A stretch of DNA of 64,000 nucleotides from Guillardia theta CCMP2712 (GCF_000315625.1 NW_005434583.1:213031-277030); one strand, 5' to 3'. Positions 24,750 through 39,128 are shown, numbered from the stretch's first letter. Notes: generated by a model not told the origin, from the sequence alone. Translations and numbers: made by a program.

Positions 24750-25630
24750 GACTCCTCCCACCCCCATCTCTATCCCCCCCACCCCCTCTAACAAACAACC
24801 CATTCCCAACCACCTCTACTTCAAGACTACCCCAAGTTTTCTACCCCTAGGTCCAAGCTATTCTACCCTACCCTTTTCCTTTGAGTCTGCCTTTTATTAG
24901 AACCCCCAATTCACATTTCGTCCACGACCCCCTATTTCGCCCCCCACCCCTTTTGTTATCCACCCCCACCTCCTTTGTTCCCGGCCCCCACCGCCTGCCC
25001 TACGCTTCCACCCCCAGGCCTGCAAAGTCTATCAGGCCGGGCCTTCTTGACTACTCCAACCACGGGGTGGTCCGAGTGTGATCATCACCCTAGCAGGGAG
25101 GGGTGGGACAGGATGAGCCGCATGGACGAGGAGGTGGGGGGTCGTCAGTTTTACGAGAACTTGAGAGGATAAAGGGCGTTAGAGGGGTCACCCTACCACC
25201 CGGTGACCGGTTGTACTTCAATCATTGTGCGGCACAAGCCTGAAGACGGTGGGGGTGGCTGAAGCTCGGTGCTTCTACCCCCCGTGAGTCCACTGAACAA
25301 GGGGGTCTGAGTCGAACACTACTATTTTAAGTGCCAGGCTAGGGGTCGGTGGCGGGACGTGCAGGAGGAGGGGTAGTTCGCGAGGGCTGGGTGGGTGGGG
25401 TTCCCCTACTCCGAGTCGGCTTTTGGAAACTTTCAAAAGCCCAGCACAACTGGCAAAGTTGAGTTGAAACCTCACGGCGAGAAAACTAAAAATATCAGTT
25501 ATCTCGGTAGACAGCAAACACCTGCTATAGGAACAATCAGTGTTGGGGCTTTCCGAAGTTCTGCCCGAGTCGCAGCGCTGGGCAGCCGGGCCCGATTCCA
25601 CCGGAATTCCCCGGCTAGCGGCCCGGTGAA
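24750..25630. promoter_or_regulatory. Divergent intergenic region: C-rich then G-rich ACCCC/GGGGT block followed by a CCGG/GAGTC island
   Basis: CTACCCCTA, CTACCCTACCC, AGGGGTCAC; CCGAGTCG twice; CCGG cluster at 25585-25627 just before the F-box ATG. Confidence 0.35.
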
Positions 25631-25675
25631 GGACTATTCACTGAGTTCTTTTTCAGAATTTGGGAATTGGCGCCA

Positions 25676-28600
25676 ATGGAGGATGATGAGGATTTACCGC
25701 TCCACCTGCCCTCGCCGATGGCCAAGAAGACGAAGAGCAAGGTGAAGAGAAGAGACGATGCTCCTGACAGGACGAACCTTATGCCAAGAGAGCGAGAAAT
25801 GCAGCATTCTGCTGCAGACTTCTCGCTGTTTCGGCTGCTACCTTCCGACATTGTTCAGAAGCACATCTACTCGTTGGTGCCAGAGTTGGTCTGCAAGCAC
25901 ATCCGAGTCTCAAGATCGTTTCTTCAAATGCTGCCAGAGACGTCCAGGATTGACATCAACATCAGTGATGAGCGCGTTGCTCCGATCACTTGTAACTCCC
26001 TGCTTCGATTCATGTCGAAGCAGGACCAAGAAATCAGAGTCTGTATACAGGAGCGTCTTTTTTGCCCCGTCATAGTGGAAGCATTCTCGAAAGCGAAAGC
26101 TCGCATCGTCCAGATCAGTGTCTCCTTCTGTTTTACAGATCTCGAGCGAACTCGCCCTCGATACAAGCCCAACGAGTTCGACCCAATGGGGTGGACACAG
26201 GAGGAGGAGGAGGAGGAGGAGGAGGAACCAGAGGAATGGAGGAACAAGAAATGGGCGCTGTCTGCTTCTTGCGAGAACATGGCCAAACTCCTCCTCGCTG
26301 CTCCTGGACTACAGGTCTGCGACTTTCATGGGATAGATGCGCCAGCCCTAAGCAAGATTTTCGCTCACATCTTCGAAAGCAAGAAGCAGATGAAGTGGAA
26401 GGCGGTCAGTTTGCGGCGATCCAGTTTCCTATCGTGGAGTAATGGTGCTCAACATGTCTCCTCCGCGATGTTCACACAGTTCTTGACGAGAACGTGCAGA
26501 GTGGGAGAAGAAAGCGACCTTTCGTCTGTGGAGTGTCTTGATTTGGGGAACTGCAACTTGAACACTCTCTCGATCTTGCAGGAATTCGCTTCGAAACCCA
26601 AATGTTTTTCTCGCTTGCGATATTTGTCCCTTGAGGGATGGAGAGCAGAAACCCCAATCTTATCTCAACTTGCATCCTGTTTGATCCTGGATAGCCTTAT
26701 CCGACTTGACCTGTCGAACTGTGGCCTGACCGACCAAGATATTTCAGCCCTCTTTGGCGAATGGGATAGAGCAAATTTGTCTGGAAACATTCTATTGGAA
26801 GAACTATATCTGGACGTGAGAGCTCCTATAAGAATTCTTTGTGCCCATCTCCTTGCTTAACCTGATAACTTCGAAGTCTTTCTGTTGTGCTCGTTTCCTT
26901 ATCACTGTTAGAGTTTATTTCCTTCCCGTCTGATTAGAGCAGTCTTTTCTCCTTGTCTTCCTTTTGGTTCCAAATCGATCTTGCCATCTCTGCTTGTCAG
27001 ATTCTTATTTGAACAACCCCTCGTGGCCTTCATTCTGTTCAAAGGGCTTCTAACTATCTGGTAGGACAATCACATTACATCGGATGGCATTGACAGCATT
27101 GCAAAGTTTCTTGGATTCGTCGACCATGATGTAATCGAAAGAAAAAAACTGAATAGATTTGTCAACCTCCGAGTGCTTGACCTTTCATCGAACTCCGTGG
27201 TCAGTGGCCGGTCCAATGTGAGTCAACACCGTTCTCCAACCTTCTCTCCTCTCTCCCAGTGCTTCCTTTCAATCTCTGTCTTTTTTCTCGCATCGTTCTT
27301 TTCCCTCCACCTTCCTGATCTCTGGACCCATGTCTTCACTTCGGGAGGATTCTCTTTTGAATTCTCATCCCCTCCTGATTCACGAATTATTCCGCAGAAG
27401 TTCTCCTACATCCTCCACAATTGCAAGAATCTGCGTGTGCTCAATCTTAAGCAGAGGAGAACTTTGATGTTTGACCATGCATTGCTTGCTCGAGATCTCG
27501 AGACTCTCAACCAACTCGACTGCTTCAATGAGGTCACGCCGTGGGGGAAGTGGAGAAGGCCAAGCCTGCAACAGGAATACACGTCGAGGTTCTGCTCCAT
27601 GACTTACATGGAAGACAAGAAGATGCAGGTGAAGGACGGCAAAAGAATGAGCAGAACGGTTCTGGACACGGATCAGCCTCCCCCCCCCCACGTCCTCGAT
27701 CTCCACCCTTGGCCTCTATGCTTTTCCATCGCGGAGCTGAAATTTCTTAGCCAATCGCTCCCTAGGGTGAGACCATCCCTCCAAGAGCTCAGGTGCACGT
27801 TGAAGGAGTTTGCGGGATGTCTTAAGCATGCCGTGCAGGTTCACCAGCCCGGTTCAAGACCCTGGATACATCTCTGAGATCCTCCCAGCTCTAGAGGAGC
27901 TGATCCGAGAATGTAAGGAGCTGAAGGTGCTGAGGATCAGGGGATGGAAGCGTGCGCAACATGATGTCCTCATCTCCTGTTCGAAATTTGGTGCGCTCAA
28001 GGTCGCCTGTCTCTTGTTCGATGCTCTTCTAGCTGAACTTGTAACTTTCGTCAGGCTGTCTTTCTCGACGACGTCGAGGTTTTCAATAGCGAGAGAGAGG
28101 ACGAGGATAGCAGCATCCTTTTTCACCGGCATTTCGACCCAGGCCTTGAGATTCATGACAAGTGGCCCCCACCAATCTTCAAAAGAAAGATGGAAAAGGC
28201 CCATCTCATCACAACAATTGATGTTGGACAGAACGCTAGGCGTCATTATATCTGTCCAGTTGAGTTCCAAGGTTATTGCTCTTGCTCCTCCCTCCCCAAC
28301 TCACTCAGATCAGATTTTTCTCGCTGCTGCAACCTTGTCTATTGCAACTTGAAGTCTGCGGACTTGCAGCCAAGCGGAGGAGAGCAACTTGCTGGTTCAC
28401 TGAATCTTCTGCGCTGAGTGTAGCTGACATCGTTTTTCCTTTTCTTCGTCGTCGCCTACTTGTTCTTTTATCGCACATCTGCTCCCCATCGTCTTCGTCC
28501 CACTTACGTCTGCTATTTCTCCTCCTCTCCCGCAGATGGTCTATCGAGCATGCCGAAGCTGCAGTCTCTGATTCTTGCAGACACCAAGCTCCAGGCACGC

Positions 28601-31419
28601 GGATGCATGGTAGTGGTGAGAGCGGCGGCGGAGCATTGCAGGGCCCTGCAGCAACTTGACCTTTCTAAGAATGGGATAACTGTGAAGGGGAACGATCAGC
28701 AGTGGTGGACGGAGGGGAAGCGAACGAGAGACCTGGACTCACTGGGAGGATGCTTGGGGATGTGGAAGGAGATGAGACTTTTGTCCTTCTCCAAGAACTC
28801 TCTCGGTCTCATCCCCTCCGTCTCTCCCTTCTCCCTCCCTCATTTTCAAACCTCCTCCTCCCTCCTCCTCCTCCCTCTCCTCTTCCTTTCTTTGCCCCTC
28901 CATCTTATCTTCTTCCAATCTGATCGATCCTGCAGGTCCCCTCCCGTGCCGCGCCATCTTCCAGGCCATCCAGACGTGGGAGGGGGATGTCGAGCTGCGT
29001 CTCGAAGACGTCTCGATTGGTTTTCTCCCTCCTATTGAGAAGGAGGAGCAGGAGCGAACTCAAGGCAGAAGGATCATAAATTGTGGGATCCTCCCTCGCC
29101 CCTTCCTCCTTGGTTCCCTCCCTCTCTCTCTCCTTTCCCTTTCTCTCCCCCCCCCTTTCCAACCCCCACTGACTGACAAGCTCGATGACAGTGATGCTGC
29201 ATCTAGAGAGAAATGATCTGTGCAATGGTCGACTGCGAGCGTTGCTGGAAAACGTGCTACGACCTCTCAACAAAAGAATTTCTCTCCACTCTCTCAGCCT
29301 CCAGCACACAAAGCTTGGCAACGAGGAGCTTGCGGTGCTTGCCCATCACATCCTCGACGAGCATCAGCTGTCCTCTTCTGCCCACCTTCCATTGAACGAC
29401 CCCTCCTGTGCCAGCCCTCAATGTCACAGAGGATTTCTGGAGCTACGGGAGCTCGACCTTCGCCTGCAGATGTCAGGAGCGCAGGGGCAGGTGAAGCTCG
29501 CCAAGGCGCTGAGAAGTCTACAGCACCTAACAACTCTTGACGGGATCTCCACTGAAATTATGATTAGCAAGCAGCAGCAGGAAGGAGTAGAGGAGAAGCT
29601 CGAGAAGGAAGGGAAGGGCAACAGGAATCGTAAGGTGGGGGTGGAGAGGCTGAATTTCTTGCACACGGACAAGCTCCCTCACGGGCACTATCAGGTCTAC
29701 TCTTCTTCGACAAACTCCCCTTACTCAACCCCTCTCTTTCAGATGGATTTCATCTTCATGCGAATGAGGCGTGTACATACAATCATCGGACGGCTATGCA
29801 TCAGGAACCAGGACATGGGCAAGAAGCTTTCAGAAGAGCTTGCGGAGCTGCTCCCCGGCATGAATCACCTGCGGCAACTTGACTTGGGGTTCAACCAGCT
29901 CAAGAGGGAGGGGATTTCGAAGATAGCTAGAGGTCAGTTGGGCGCGAGAAGGGGCTGCACTTAGAAAGATGGATGGATATTGAGTTTCTGCTCAGGTTTG
30001 AAGGAGGTGATGAGCGGGTTGGAGAGTCTGAACCTTGAAGGAAACGCTATCGGGCCGGATGGTGAGTACTTCCGCTCACGATTCCTGCTGCTGCTGCTGC
30101 TTGCTGCTGCTGCTGCTCGTTGTTCCGTCCCATCAGCCCTTTCTTTCTCCTCGAAGAATTCAGGTCTGTCGTCTCATCTCCATGGTAATCTGCAGGAGCG
30201 AAGGAGTTGGTCAACCTCTGGTCGCTGAAGCTTCACCGCCGGTTGAAGCATCTGAACATGAGCTCGAACCGACTGGACTTGGAGGTGAAACACTAGAAGG
30301 AAGAGGCAGCAAGGGTGGAAGCAGTTGAAGGATGGTAGTGGGATGAAAGAAAACGTCTTTTCCTGAGATTGGGAAGGAGAAGAAGAGGGAAGGAGGATGG
30401 GGGCGACGAGAGTGAGGACATCGACGAGGAGAAGCAGGAGGAGTAGGAGGAGGAGCAGGAAGGCGAAAAGGGTGTATTGTATGTTTTTGATGGTGTTTTT
30501 CCAGGGGCTTGTGTATATTTTTCCTGCTTTTCGTCTTTCCTCCAGCGCTGGGAGCAAGTCAGAGATGGAGCCCGAGTCTTTGCTGGAGACGGTCGAGCTC
30601 AACGAGAACAGTCTGGACGAGGCAGCCATGGACCGTCTTGGCAAGGCGCTCAAGGACCTGCCCAACTTGACGTACCTGAGTGTCATCCACAACAAGATCG
30701 ACTTGTACTCGTTCGAATCCTTGAGGAGGGATCTCTCCTGCTTCTGCCCCAAGATCCGGTTCTTCTTCGTTCATAACGTCCAATATTGTGCGTGCACAGC
30801 TCTACCCCGTACGTTCCCCTCCCCTCCTACTTCGCTTACGAGGGCTGTTAGCTTCGAGATACACCATTGGCAGCCTGCTTGCCTGCAGAAAGGTGAACGA
30901 AGAGGGGAAGGAGGTACACTAAGGGAGGTAGTGCAGGCGATCAAGCAGCACATTGACATGGGATTCGAAGGCGTTTATACGCGCAGCTTCCCACCGTAGC
31001 CATGACAGCGCTGACTGACTTGCTCGCGATGCCTCCCAGCGAGGATCTGCTCGAGCTCGTGCGCATGTAATGACTCGTCCTCGTCCTCGTCCTTTTCCTC
31101 GTCCTCCTCGTTCTCCTCGTCCTCGTCCTCGTCCTTGTCCTCCTCGTCCTCGTCCTCCTTGTCCTCCTGGTCCTCGTCCTCCTTCTCGTCCTCGTCCTCG
31201 TCCTCCTCGTCCTCCTCGTCGTCCCCCTCGTCGTCCTCGTCGTCCTCCTGACGAGACACGTGGATGCTGCAGCGTGGGGCTGGATGACGTCATCCTGGCA
31301 GCAACGAGGAGCTACTGCCTCTGGGTTGGCCCGCGCGTCCTGTTGCTGATGCTGATGAACTTTCGCAGTCCAAGTTGTTCGCCCATATCGTACACGGCAA
31401 GTGGTTCAGACCCCGGTGA
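25676..31419 (+). CDS. F-box-like / RNI-like leucine-rich repeat protein, multi-exon; stop uncertain between ~31000 and 31419
   Basis: N-terminal LLPSDIVQKHIYSLV...IRVSRSF (F-box-like); many LRRs (ECLDLGNCNL, IRLDLSNCGL, LRVLDLSSN, LQQLDLSKNGI, LRQLDLGFNQL, LESLNLEGNAIG, LTYLSVIHNKI). Confidence 0.8.
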
Positions 31420-31802
31420 TCTCAGTACCGCTGATGGAGCAGTAGGGTAAGTCAGTGTAGGAGGACGGGCTATGGGGTGCGTGGGGCCTTGTACTAATAG
31501 AGCGGCCGATAGATTGACTTGCTGATCCGAGCACATGGTGGTACATGTACATGAAGGTGCTCGGGCTAGCAGGAGGTTACTGAAGCGTCCGAAGAGGTTG
31601 AATGGATCACAAGGGAGCAAGGGAAAGGAGAGGGCGAGGGGAAGCGAGACGGAAGTAGGTTGAGAAGCTTTTGGAATAATAAGATCGTGACATCGAGTTT
31701 GACGTCTTTGTTGATCTTGATTGAGCCTTCCAACAGCTCGAGAACAGACTAAGGAGCAGGACGGCACTAACATGGATTGATACTTTTGTTCATCCTGCTC
31801 TT

Positions 31803-32240
31803 TCATCGTTCACGTTCGTCTCTCATTGTCACCATCGATGTGCTCGTTACGTTGGCCCTGCGTTTCTTCCGCGCCATGTACTCGGCCTGCAACTCCCGGT
31901 AGGACTTACGAATCTTTCCCTGCCGCTTCTCCTCTCGCTCCTTCCTCAGTGACTCTTTGATCGCTTCCTTCAGTTCTTCGTACTCCTCCACCCATGGTGT
32001 TCGCCAGGCCCTCTCCTCCTTGATATCCTCCCACTCGTCCTGAAGGAGAAAGAGATAAGCGGTGAGGGCAAGAGGAGCAGGAAGAGGAGTACGAAGGTAG
32101 GTAGGGGAAGGAAGCCCGGGTAGGTTCGAGTTTCGTTCTTGAAGGGATCTCGAATCCTGACAGCTTGTTAAAAAGGCGCAGTGAATCAGGAAGGAGCGAA
32201 GATGGATAGATTTGATGAAGACGACGAAGATGAAGATGAC

Positions 32241-32280
<40 letters not shown>

Positions 32281-32342
32281 CTAGTGGTGGTGGCGATGAT
32301 GATGCTAGTGGTGGTGGCGATGATGATGCTAGTTGTGGTGGC

Positions 32343-32383
<41 letters not shown>

Positions 32384-34602
32384 GGAGGAGGAGGAGGAGG
32401 AGGGCAGGAGAGACCATATGTGCCGTGGGAAGCACTTGACTGGTACACCGAACTCGATCACTCCAACTTTGTCCCAGTCGCTCTCAGGGTCGATTTCTGC
32501 CGGGTCATCGCACATCATCTCCGACTCAAACCTGAAACACTGGCGTGAGTGGAACAGTGAAATTATTAGCAGTTATGGTGGGGGGAGGAGGAGGAGGAGG
32601 AGGAGGAGGAGGTGGTGGTGGTGGTGGTGGTTGGGGATGAGGAAGAAGGGGAAGAAGCTGAAGAATGAAGAGGAGTTGGAGGGAGGGAGAAGCAAGAGAA
32701 GGAGAGAAGAAGGAATATAGGAGAAGAAAAGTAGGAGGGGAGAGGAGGAGACGAGGAGTGGCGAGAGGAGGAGAAGATGAGAGGAGGAGAAGATGAGAGG
32801 AGGAGAAGATGAGAGGAGGAGAGTGACCTGTAGGGTTCTGCGAGTCTCATGTAGATCCTCGATCCCGGAGTGCAATTGACAAGAAACTTCAAGCAAGCAT
32901 CACTGTAGTTGCTTCTCAGCTCCCGGAAAGTCCGCCAGTCTCCAGTCTCCCATCCTCTCCTTATGGTCTCGTTCCAGTCCACCTGCTCCACTTCAGCCTC
33001 TCCGTCCTCTTTCCCCTCCTCCTCGCGCATTCGCACCTCCAACAGCTTGCGAGGGAGGCAGTCCGGAATCACAAAGTCGCAGAGATGGGCCGTAGCGCCG
33101 TAGCCATGGAGATCTAGAGCGAGTCAGAAGTTGAGACAGGAGATTAAAGTGAGAGGAGAAGGTAGGGAGAGGTAGGTAGGTAGGTAGGTAGGTAGGTAGT
33201 TAGAAAGAGGAACTGTAGAATACCCGAGTACTTGAGGCCCCTGGGGTAGTTCCATCTTGACTCATACGTCTCGTTGTTGACGTAAAACATATCGCCTGTC
33301 GTCAAGTCTCGATACACCTGATAAAGTCTCCTCAGCATCTCTCCTCCCCCCCCCCCCCTCCTTCTCCTCCTCCTCTCCGTCCTTCTCCTCCTCGTTCTCC
33401 TCCTTGTCCCAGTCTGTCTCCACGACCTTTCCTCCCCTCCACCAACCCCTCATACCTCCCACTTGGCAGCTTCTACTTTCCTCTCCTCCTCAGTGAGGTG
33501 CAGGCTTGAGATGTTCTCGCGGTGAATGAGGGCGAGGAGGCCCCTGGCGAAGAAATCCCGAGGGTGAAGGCGGGCAAACGAAGGCTCATCTTCATACATG
33601 TCAAGGGCTGACTGCTTTTTGATCCGTTGCAGCAGCTTCCGATCAAAATAGCTATCTTCCTCTATCCCCTCGCTTGCTCTCCCTCCTCCCCCCCCGCCTT
33701 TTGCCCCTAAAATCTCACTGCCTCCTCTTGTACCCCCTTCCCCCCCTCTCGATCCCTTCCTCTGGTCTTCCCGTCTTCTCCTATCCTCGCTCCACCTTGC
33801 TCCTTCCTTCGCCCTCTCATCCTCTCCCTCGTCTTCCTCGCTGCCATCGCCACCGCCCCCTCGCAGGTACTTTGACAAGTAAGCATTGTAGTCGAAAATG
33901 TCTCCGACCGAGTCTGAGTCATCTGCCTTGTCCATGGTCTGATTGATCGCTTCCCAGGCCTGGGCGTATCGCGGGTCCTGGTAATATTTGCTCGTCTTGT
34001 CTCCATCCCAGAACTTCTCTTCCTCCCTGTCCACACGATACTTGTCAGCTACCTTCCAGCTGTAAGGCTGATTCAGCTGCCCCTCTACGATCCCCTTCCG
34101 CATCCACTCCTTGACCGTCGCAAGGATCTGACGGAAGAAACCTGTCACAGAGGGAAGGAGGAACATCCCTGACAAACCTGCTGCATCTGCTTCTGCTCCT
34201 CTGCTTCTGATGGTTTCTTGGTCTTCTTCTTTGTGCTGGCCTTCCCCAGCAGCTTCCCTGCGTCGCTTCTCCTCTCCCTCCCCTCACTCGACGTGTTTCT
34301 CATCGCTCTCGTCCAGTCCAACTTTGCGCGCTGCATGGTCACACCTTTCTGAAGGAGTCTCTTGGGTCTGACGCCGTCCAGCCATGCAAGCCCAGCAAGA
34401 GAGCAGTTTCTCAGCTCGACTCTCACGGTGCGGATGAATGCCTTCTGCGTGAAGAAGATCGAGCTGGTCATGTTCTTGAGCTCGCAGCCTGACACCCGGG
34501 CCATGGCGTTGCCGAACATGCAGATTGCCATGTAGCAGAAGCGAAGCTGAGCAGGGACGGTGAGGAGAATGAAAGCGAGAGCGAGAGGAGGAGGAGGAGG
34601 AG

Positions 34603-34636
<34 letters not shown>

Positions 34637-36975
34637 NNNNNNNNNNNNNNNNNNNNNNNNNNNNNNNNNNNNNNNNNNNNNNNNNNNNNNNNNNNNNNNN
34701 NNNNNNNNNNNNNNNNNNNNNNNNNNNNNNNNNNNNGAATTTGATGAAGATCTTGAGTTTGATGAAGACGACGACGAAGAAGATGATGCTGCTGTCGATG
34801 ATGAACATGATAATGATGATGATGTTGTTGGTGGTGCTGGTGATCATGCTGAAGGCGTTGTCGTTCATCACCATCACGCCCACCTTCTCATGAGGATGCT
34901 GATGAAGAGGTCGCGGAGGAGGTGGAGGAGGAGGAGGAGGAGGAGGAGGAGCATGACGGACCTTGGAGTTGTTCAGGGAGACTGTCGCATTGTCGCAGAT
35001 GTACACCTGGACTCAGGTCGCCCATCGTCAACCCCCCTGGCTTCCTCCGCCCGCACACTCACCCCTGCTCCGAAGCAAGCTTGTATGCTGCTGCCTGAAA
35101 CCTCCACCGTCGCAAACTCCTGGCAGATGATCCCGTTCCTCGCCCTCTGCTCCAGCGGCCCCAGACCGCCGACCCAGCACGATCGAAACTTGACGTGGGA
35201 GGAAGAGAGGGCGATGAACACTTGCGCATTGCCCTGCCACCACGAGGTCACGGAACTGCAGGCAGTGCTGCAAGAAGTGGGAGGGAGCAGAGCGAGGAGG
35301 GAGAGATAGGAGGAAAGTTCCTACAGCTCGCAAATCACAGCAAGAGAGCGTCCACGTCCCTCCTTCCACGTACATCACAGGACTCGTAACCTCAGCTCAA
35401 AGTCAGCTGGACGTTTCTCACACAGCATCGCAAAGATTTGTGAGGGTACCAGATTGTACCAGCCATCTTGAAACAACTTGTTGTTAAATCGCAGACGCAG
35501 TCCTATCAAGTCCCCAACCAACACATTTCTCAGCCGCCATCTTCCCGTGATTTCAGTCTCCTCATCCTCAGCAAGCAAGCAAATATGCGAAGTTCTCCTC
35601 TCAGAAACGATCAGCTCTCCATCGATCCTGAATTTCCCTCCACTCAACTTGAAGCTGGTGCGATCAACATCAAGCTTCCTCTGCATCTTTGCTAGGTTGG
35701 AGGGAACTAGTTCTGTCCATCGGTATGATTTGCAACTGTCCAGCGCGTCTCGCAAGGTCTCGTCGTAACTTGGTGGCCGTACGTTGAGCTTCTTCATGCA
35801 TATCCCATGGTCGACTGTATACTTTCCGACGTCCTTGAACTGCTCCCAGAACGTTCGATTCCTGGGGTCTGGAAGTTTTCTTGTATTCAGTACGTCCTCC
35901 AGCATCTGGTTGAAAGAAGCGCTCTTTGTTGGACTGCCAGACACGGTCAGCACTCTGTCGGGGAGGCCGTCAACCATACTGACCCCGGCTCATCCTCCAG
36001 AGGTTTCATCTCTCCTCCCACTGTATAGTTCAAGATGGCACACATCGTGTTGGTCACATCCAATTCCCCGAGATAGAACCTGAGCCGCAGTCGTCATCGG
36101 AATCCCTCACCTCTCCCCAACCTCTTCCTCCTCCCCCCTCACCTCTCCCCCCCCCCCCACCTCCTCCTCCCTCACCTCTCCCCCCATTCACCTCCTTCTC
36201 TCTCACCTGGGCACGGGCTTCCCCAAGTACCTCTCGTCCAAATCCCTGCCGTGCCAGTCAGCAGAGACTTCAGTTCCCCTGGAACGTACGGAAAGTCATG
36301 CACAGGTTCGTAATACTGCTTCCCCGACCGTCGCCACATCATACTGCCGTTGCTGTGCCAGTACCAGTTGCATTCATCATCTGAATCGCACGAGGCCGGT
36401 AACGGGATCTCGTCTGCAGTCTGGTATGACTCAAACTTCAACTTCTTCTGCAATTTCTCCTCTTCAATCTGCCTCCTCTTCCACTCCAGGAACTTCGGGG
36501 AGGGCTTTCCATACCTTCTGAAGTACTGGATGTCTCCATGCTGGTTTTCCTGCTGCCACTGGATCTCTATCGCGGTATCATTTCCATACTGGAGTGGGAT
36601 CAGTGTTTTGTTCTCCCATTGACTGTCATTGTTGAACTCTTCAACCAGCGTCCTTTTCGTCTCTTCGCTGAAACTTGAGATCTTTGACACTTCATCCGAC
36701 TCTGCGTCTGGAGACGAGCTACGACCATCTTGGACCTTTCTTAGAGCTTCCTGTAACTTCTCGACCTCCCCCTTCAGCTCGGAATCCTCCTCCCACCACG
36801 AGGTTCCGCCCCGAAGCGAGAGGGCTCTAACACCCATGGAGGAGAAGTGACACGACCTGCACCCACTATACAAGACTTTGCAAGGACCAACTCGCAGCTG
36901 CATCAGTAGACACATGACCACGACGAGGCACCGTGACCCTCCAGAAGGCCAACGACAAGGCAAGGACAGCACCAT
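31803..36975 (-). CDS. Large multi-exon protein: signal-peptide-like N-terminus + LRGG motif, parallel beta-helix-like region, WW-like domain, coiled C-terminus (spans a gap; could be two genes)
   Basis: CLVVVMCLLMQL...RALSLRGG; beta-helix-like strands (MYVEGGTWTLSCCDL, VKFRSCWVGG, VEVSGSSIQAC, VYICDNATVSLNNSK, ARVSGCELKN); WW-like YQVYRDLTTGDMFYVNNETYESRWNYP at ~33245-33325. Confidence 0.6.
32215..32400. repeat. (GAT)n/(GAG)n tract with three ~21-nt GATGATGCTAGTGGTGGTGGC-type units, intronic
   Basis: Directly visible. Confidence 0.9.
34637..34736. other. Assembly gap (100 N)
   Basis: N run. Confidence 1.
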
Positions 36976-37439
36976 CTAGCTCAAGTACGCTTCTTCCGAA
37001 GATCGTCTTGCTATGTTCCTCGGGTCAATTCGTATCATCTGATCGTCTTGATCCTCCTGGCCTTCCTCCTGCAGACCGCCTCTTACTCATCTTCTTCCGC
37101 TTCTCTCGCCTCCCCTCAGTCTTGTGCTGAGGGATTTTCCTCACCCCTCCCAATCCTTCTTCAATCCTTGCTTCCTCCCCTGACAATCCTTCTTCTATGC
37201 TCCCTTCCTCGTCCAGTCAAGTACTCTTTCTCTTCCCAGCCTTCCCCTCCTTTTCATCGTCTCCTCATTTCCTCACTCCTCCTCCTCCTTGTCTTATCGC
37301 CTCCTTCCTTCGGCGCTACATGTCCAATCCGCCCACTGACGCCATCGTTGCCCCCATCCCCCATCAGCCCATTTAAAGTGAGTGAAAGCACAAGCCCGCC
37401 TCAAGCTTGTTTTGATTCAGGTTACCTCGTCTGTCCTTT

Positions 37440-38090
37440 TTCCCGCACAAACTACCCCTACCCCCAATTATCCATGAACATACCCCACCCATATTACCTC
37501 TATTTACTCCCCTGGTTTTCCTTTTCTTCCCCAAGTTCGCTTCCCCAAATCTGTTTTCTGCTCCCCAAATTTCATGGAACCACCCACCCTACCCCTGTAC
37601 TTTCCCGTAGCCTTTCATCCCCGTATATCCCTGCCGCATCTGGGTGGACGCAACTGAAGACCCTATATAAATGAGATTCTGGAGGTCTATTTTTAAGGGG
37701 TAGGGGTCACTACCGCTACCCTTGTTGCAAATGAACTCGCCAAGAGTTCAGGACCCCTACCTCCGTGGGGCTGAGCAATTGATTCACTTTTCCCGGAATT
37801 ATTGAAATTTAGAGATTTTTTTTCAAATATTGCCAAGATTAGTTATGAACTAAAACTGTAATCAACGCCGCCCTGCTAGATTTCAATTTTTGATACAGAA
37901 ATATTTCAAAAATTCCTCCCAATGTCTCAAAATGAAATCAAATTTCGTCTTCAGACACCCCCCTTGACCTCTGCTTCACCTCTGTTCACCAACATCCACT
38001 GGATACACCAGGGGTAGTAAGAAGACAAAGGGACCCCTGTCATCTCCACCCCTACCCCTCTTTCGGCACTAAGCCTAATCCACCAGCTTG
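37440..38090. promoter_or_regulatory. Intergenic ACCCC/GGGGT-rich block with AT-rich core, in divergent interval
   Basis: CTACCCCTACCCCC, CCCTACCCCTG, AAGGGGTAGGGGTCACTAC, ACCCCTACC, CACCCCTACCCC. Confidence 0.35.
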
Positions 38091-39128
38091 CGCCGGCGCC
38101 ATGGCAGGGGCCGATGCAGGGGCAGTGCGATGCTGATCGCATTTACGCACATCCCTCATCCATCGCACTCACTTCGTCTCCCCGTCACCTCCAAGTCTCA
38201 CCTCCTACCCTGACACATCCAATTATTGTCCTTCACCTGCCATTTCTTCTTCCTCATTCATGGGGCTGCCCTTTGAAAGTGGGACCAAAGTTTTGAACTG
38301 ATGGTTAGAGAGCTTGTGGATCGGTTGTGATTTCATCAGAGCAAATGATCACCTGATATATGCCATGTATGTTATTTTTTCCAAGTGTAAGACAAATAGT
38401 TCCCAGTAGATGAGACACCTCTTCTACTGTTTCCATTTAAGGATTTGAGAAAGATAGCTCTTGCAAGATTGCATGTTTCCCGCCGAATCGACCGCTTAGA
38501 ACAGTTTGTGCAAGGAATGTAAGGAATCATACTTACGCTGAAGACAGACTAGAATTGTCGTCATTTCCGGAATTGTGACAAAGATACCCAGCAATGGTGC
38601 ATATCCGTTATTGCCAGCATTCTGATCGACCTTCATTGTTGTGACGGAGGAGGAGAGGAGGAGGGGGATAAATCATTGGGTTTGAAACCAGTTCTCTTTT
38701 GTTTTCGTCCACTCTCTGGCTCTGTACTCAGTGCACTGAACAATGCCATTTTACGTAACTGACTGCTTGCTTGTAGGCTTTCAGGCCTTGAGCTGCACAC
38801 TGGCTGCGACCTAGAGGATTGAATACTCTTGTTGCTTTGGGAATTCAAGTGCGCTCGTGCCGTCTGTCCCAAAGTTTGATGAGCACTGGGCAAAGGAAGA
38901 AACAGACGCTGGTTGATGCGATCAATTGGGCCCCAAGGCTTTCCTTTGGCCTGGTGAGACGAGGCATGCGTCGAGCACACTGCACCAAGTTTTTCCAACA
39001 TCCATTTTAGCACAGAGCTGACCAGTTGGGGTTAGATGATTGGTTACTTCGACAGCATGCCTCTCATTTGATAAGATTCTCAGAAAAGGCTTGTTCCTCT
39101 AGTGAACTTGAACTTGAATTTACATAAC

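Noticed and set aside
30975-31259. Acidic minus-strand ORF suggesting an overlapping convergent gene
   Set aside because: The TCC/TCG tract is bounded by GTAATG...CTGCAG on the plus strand and is best explained as an intron of the LRR gene.
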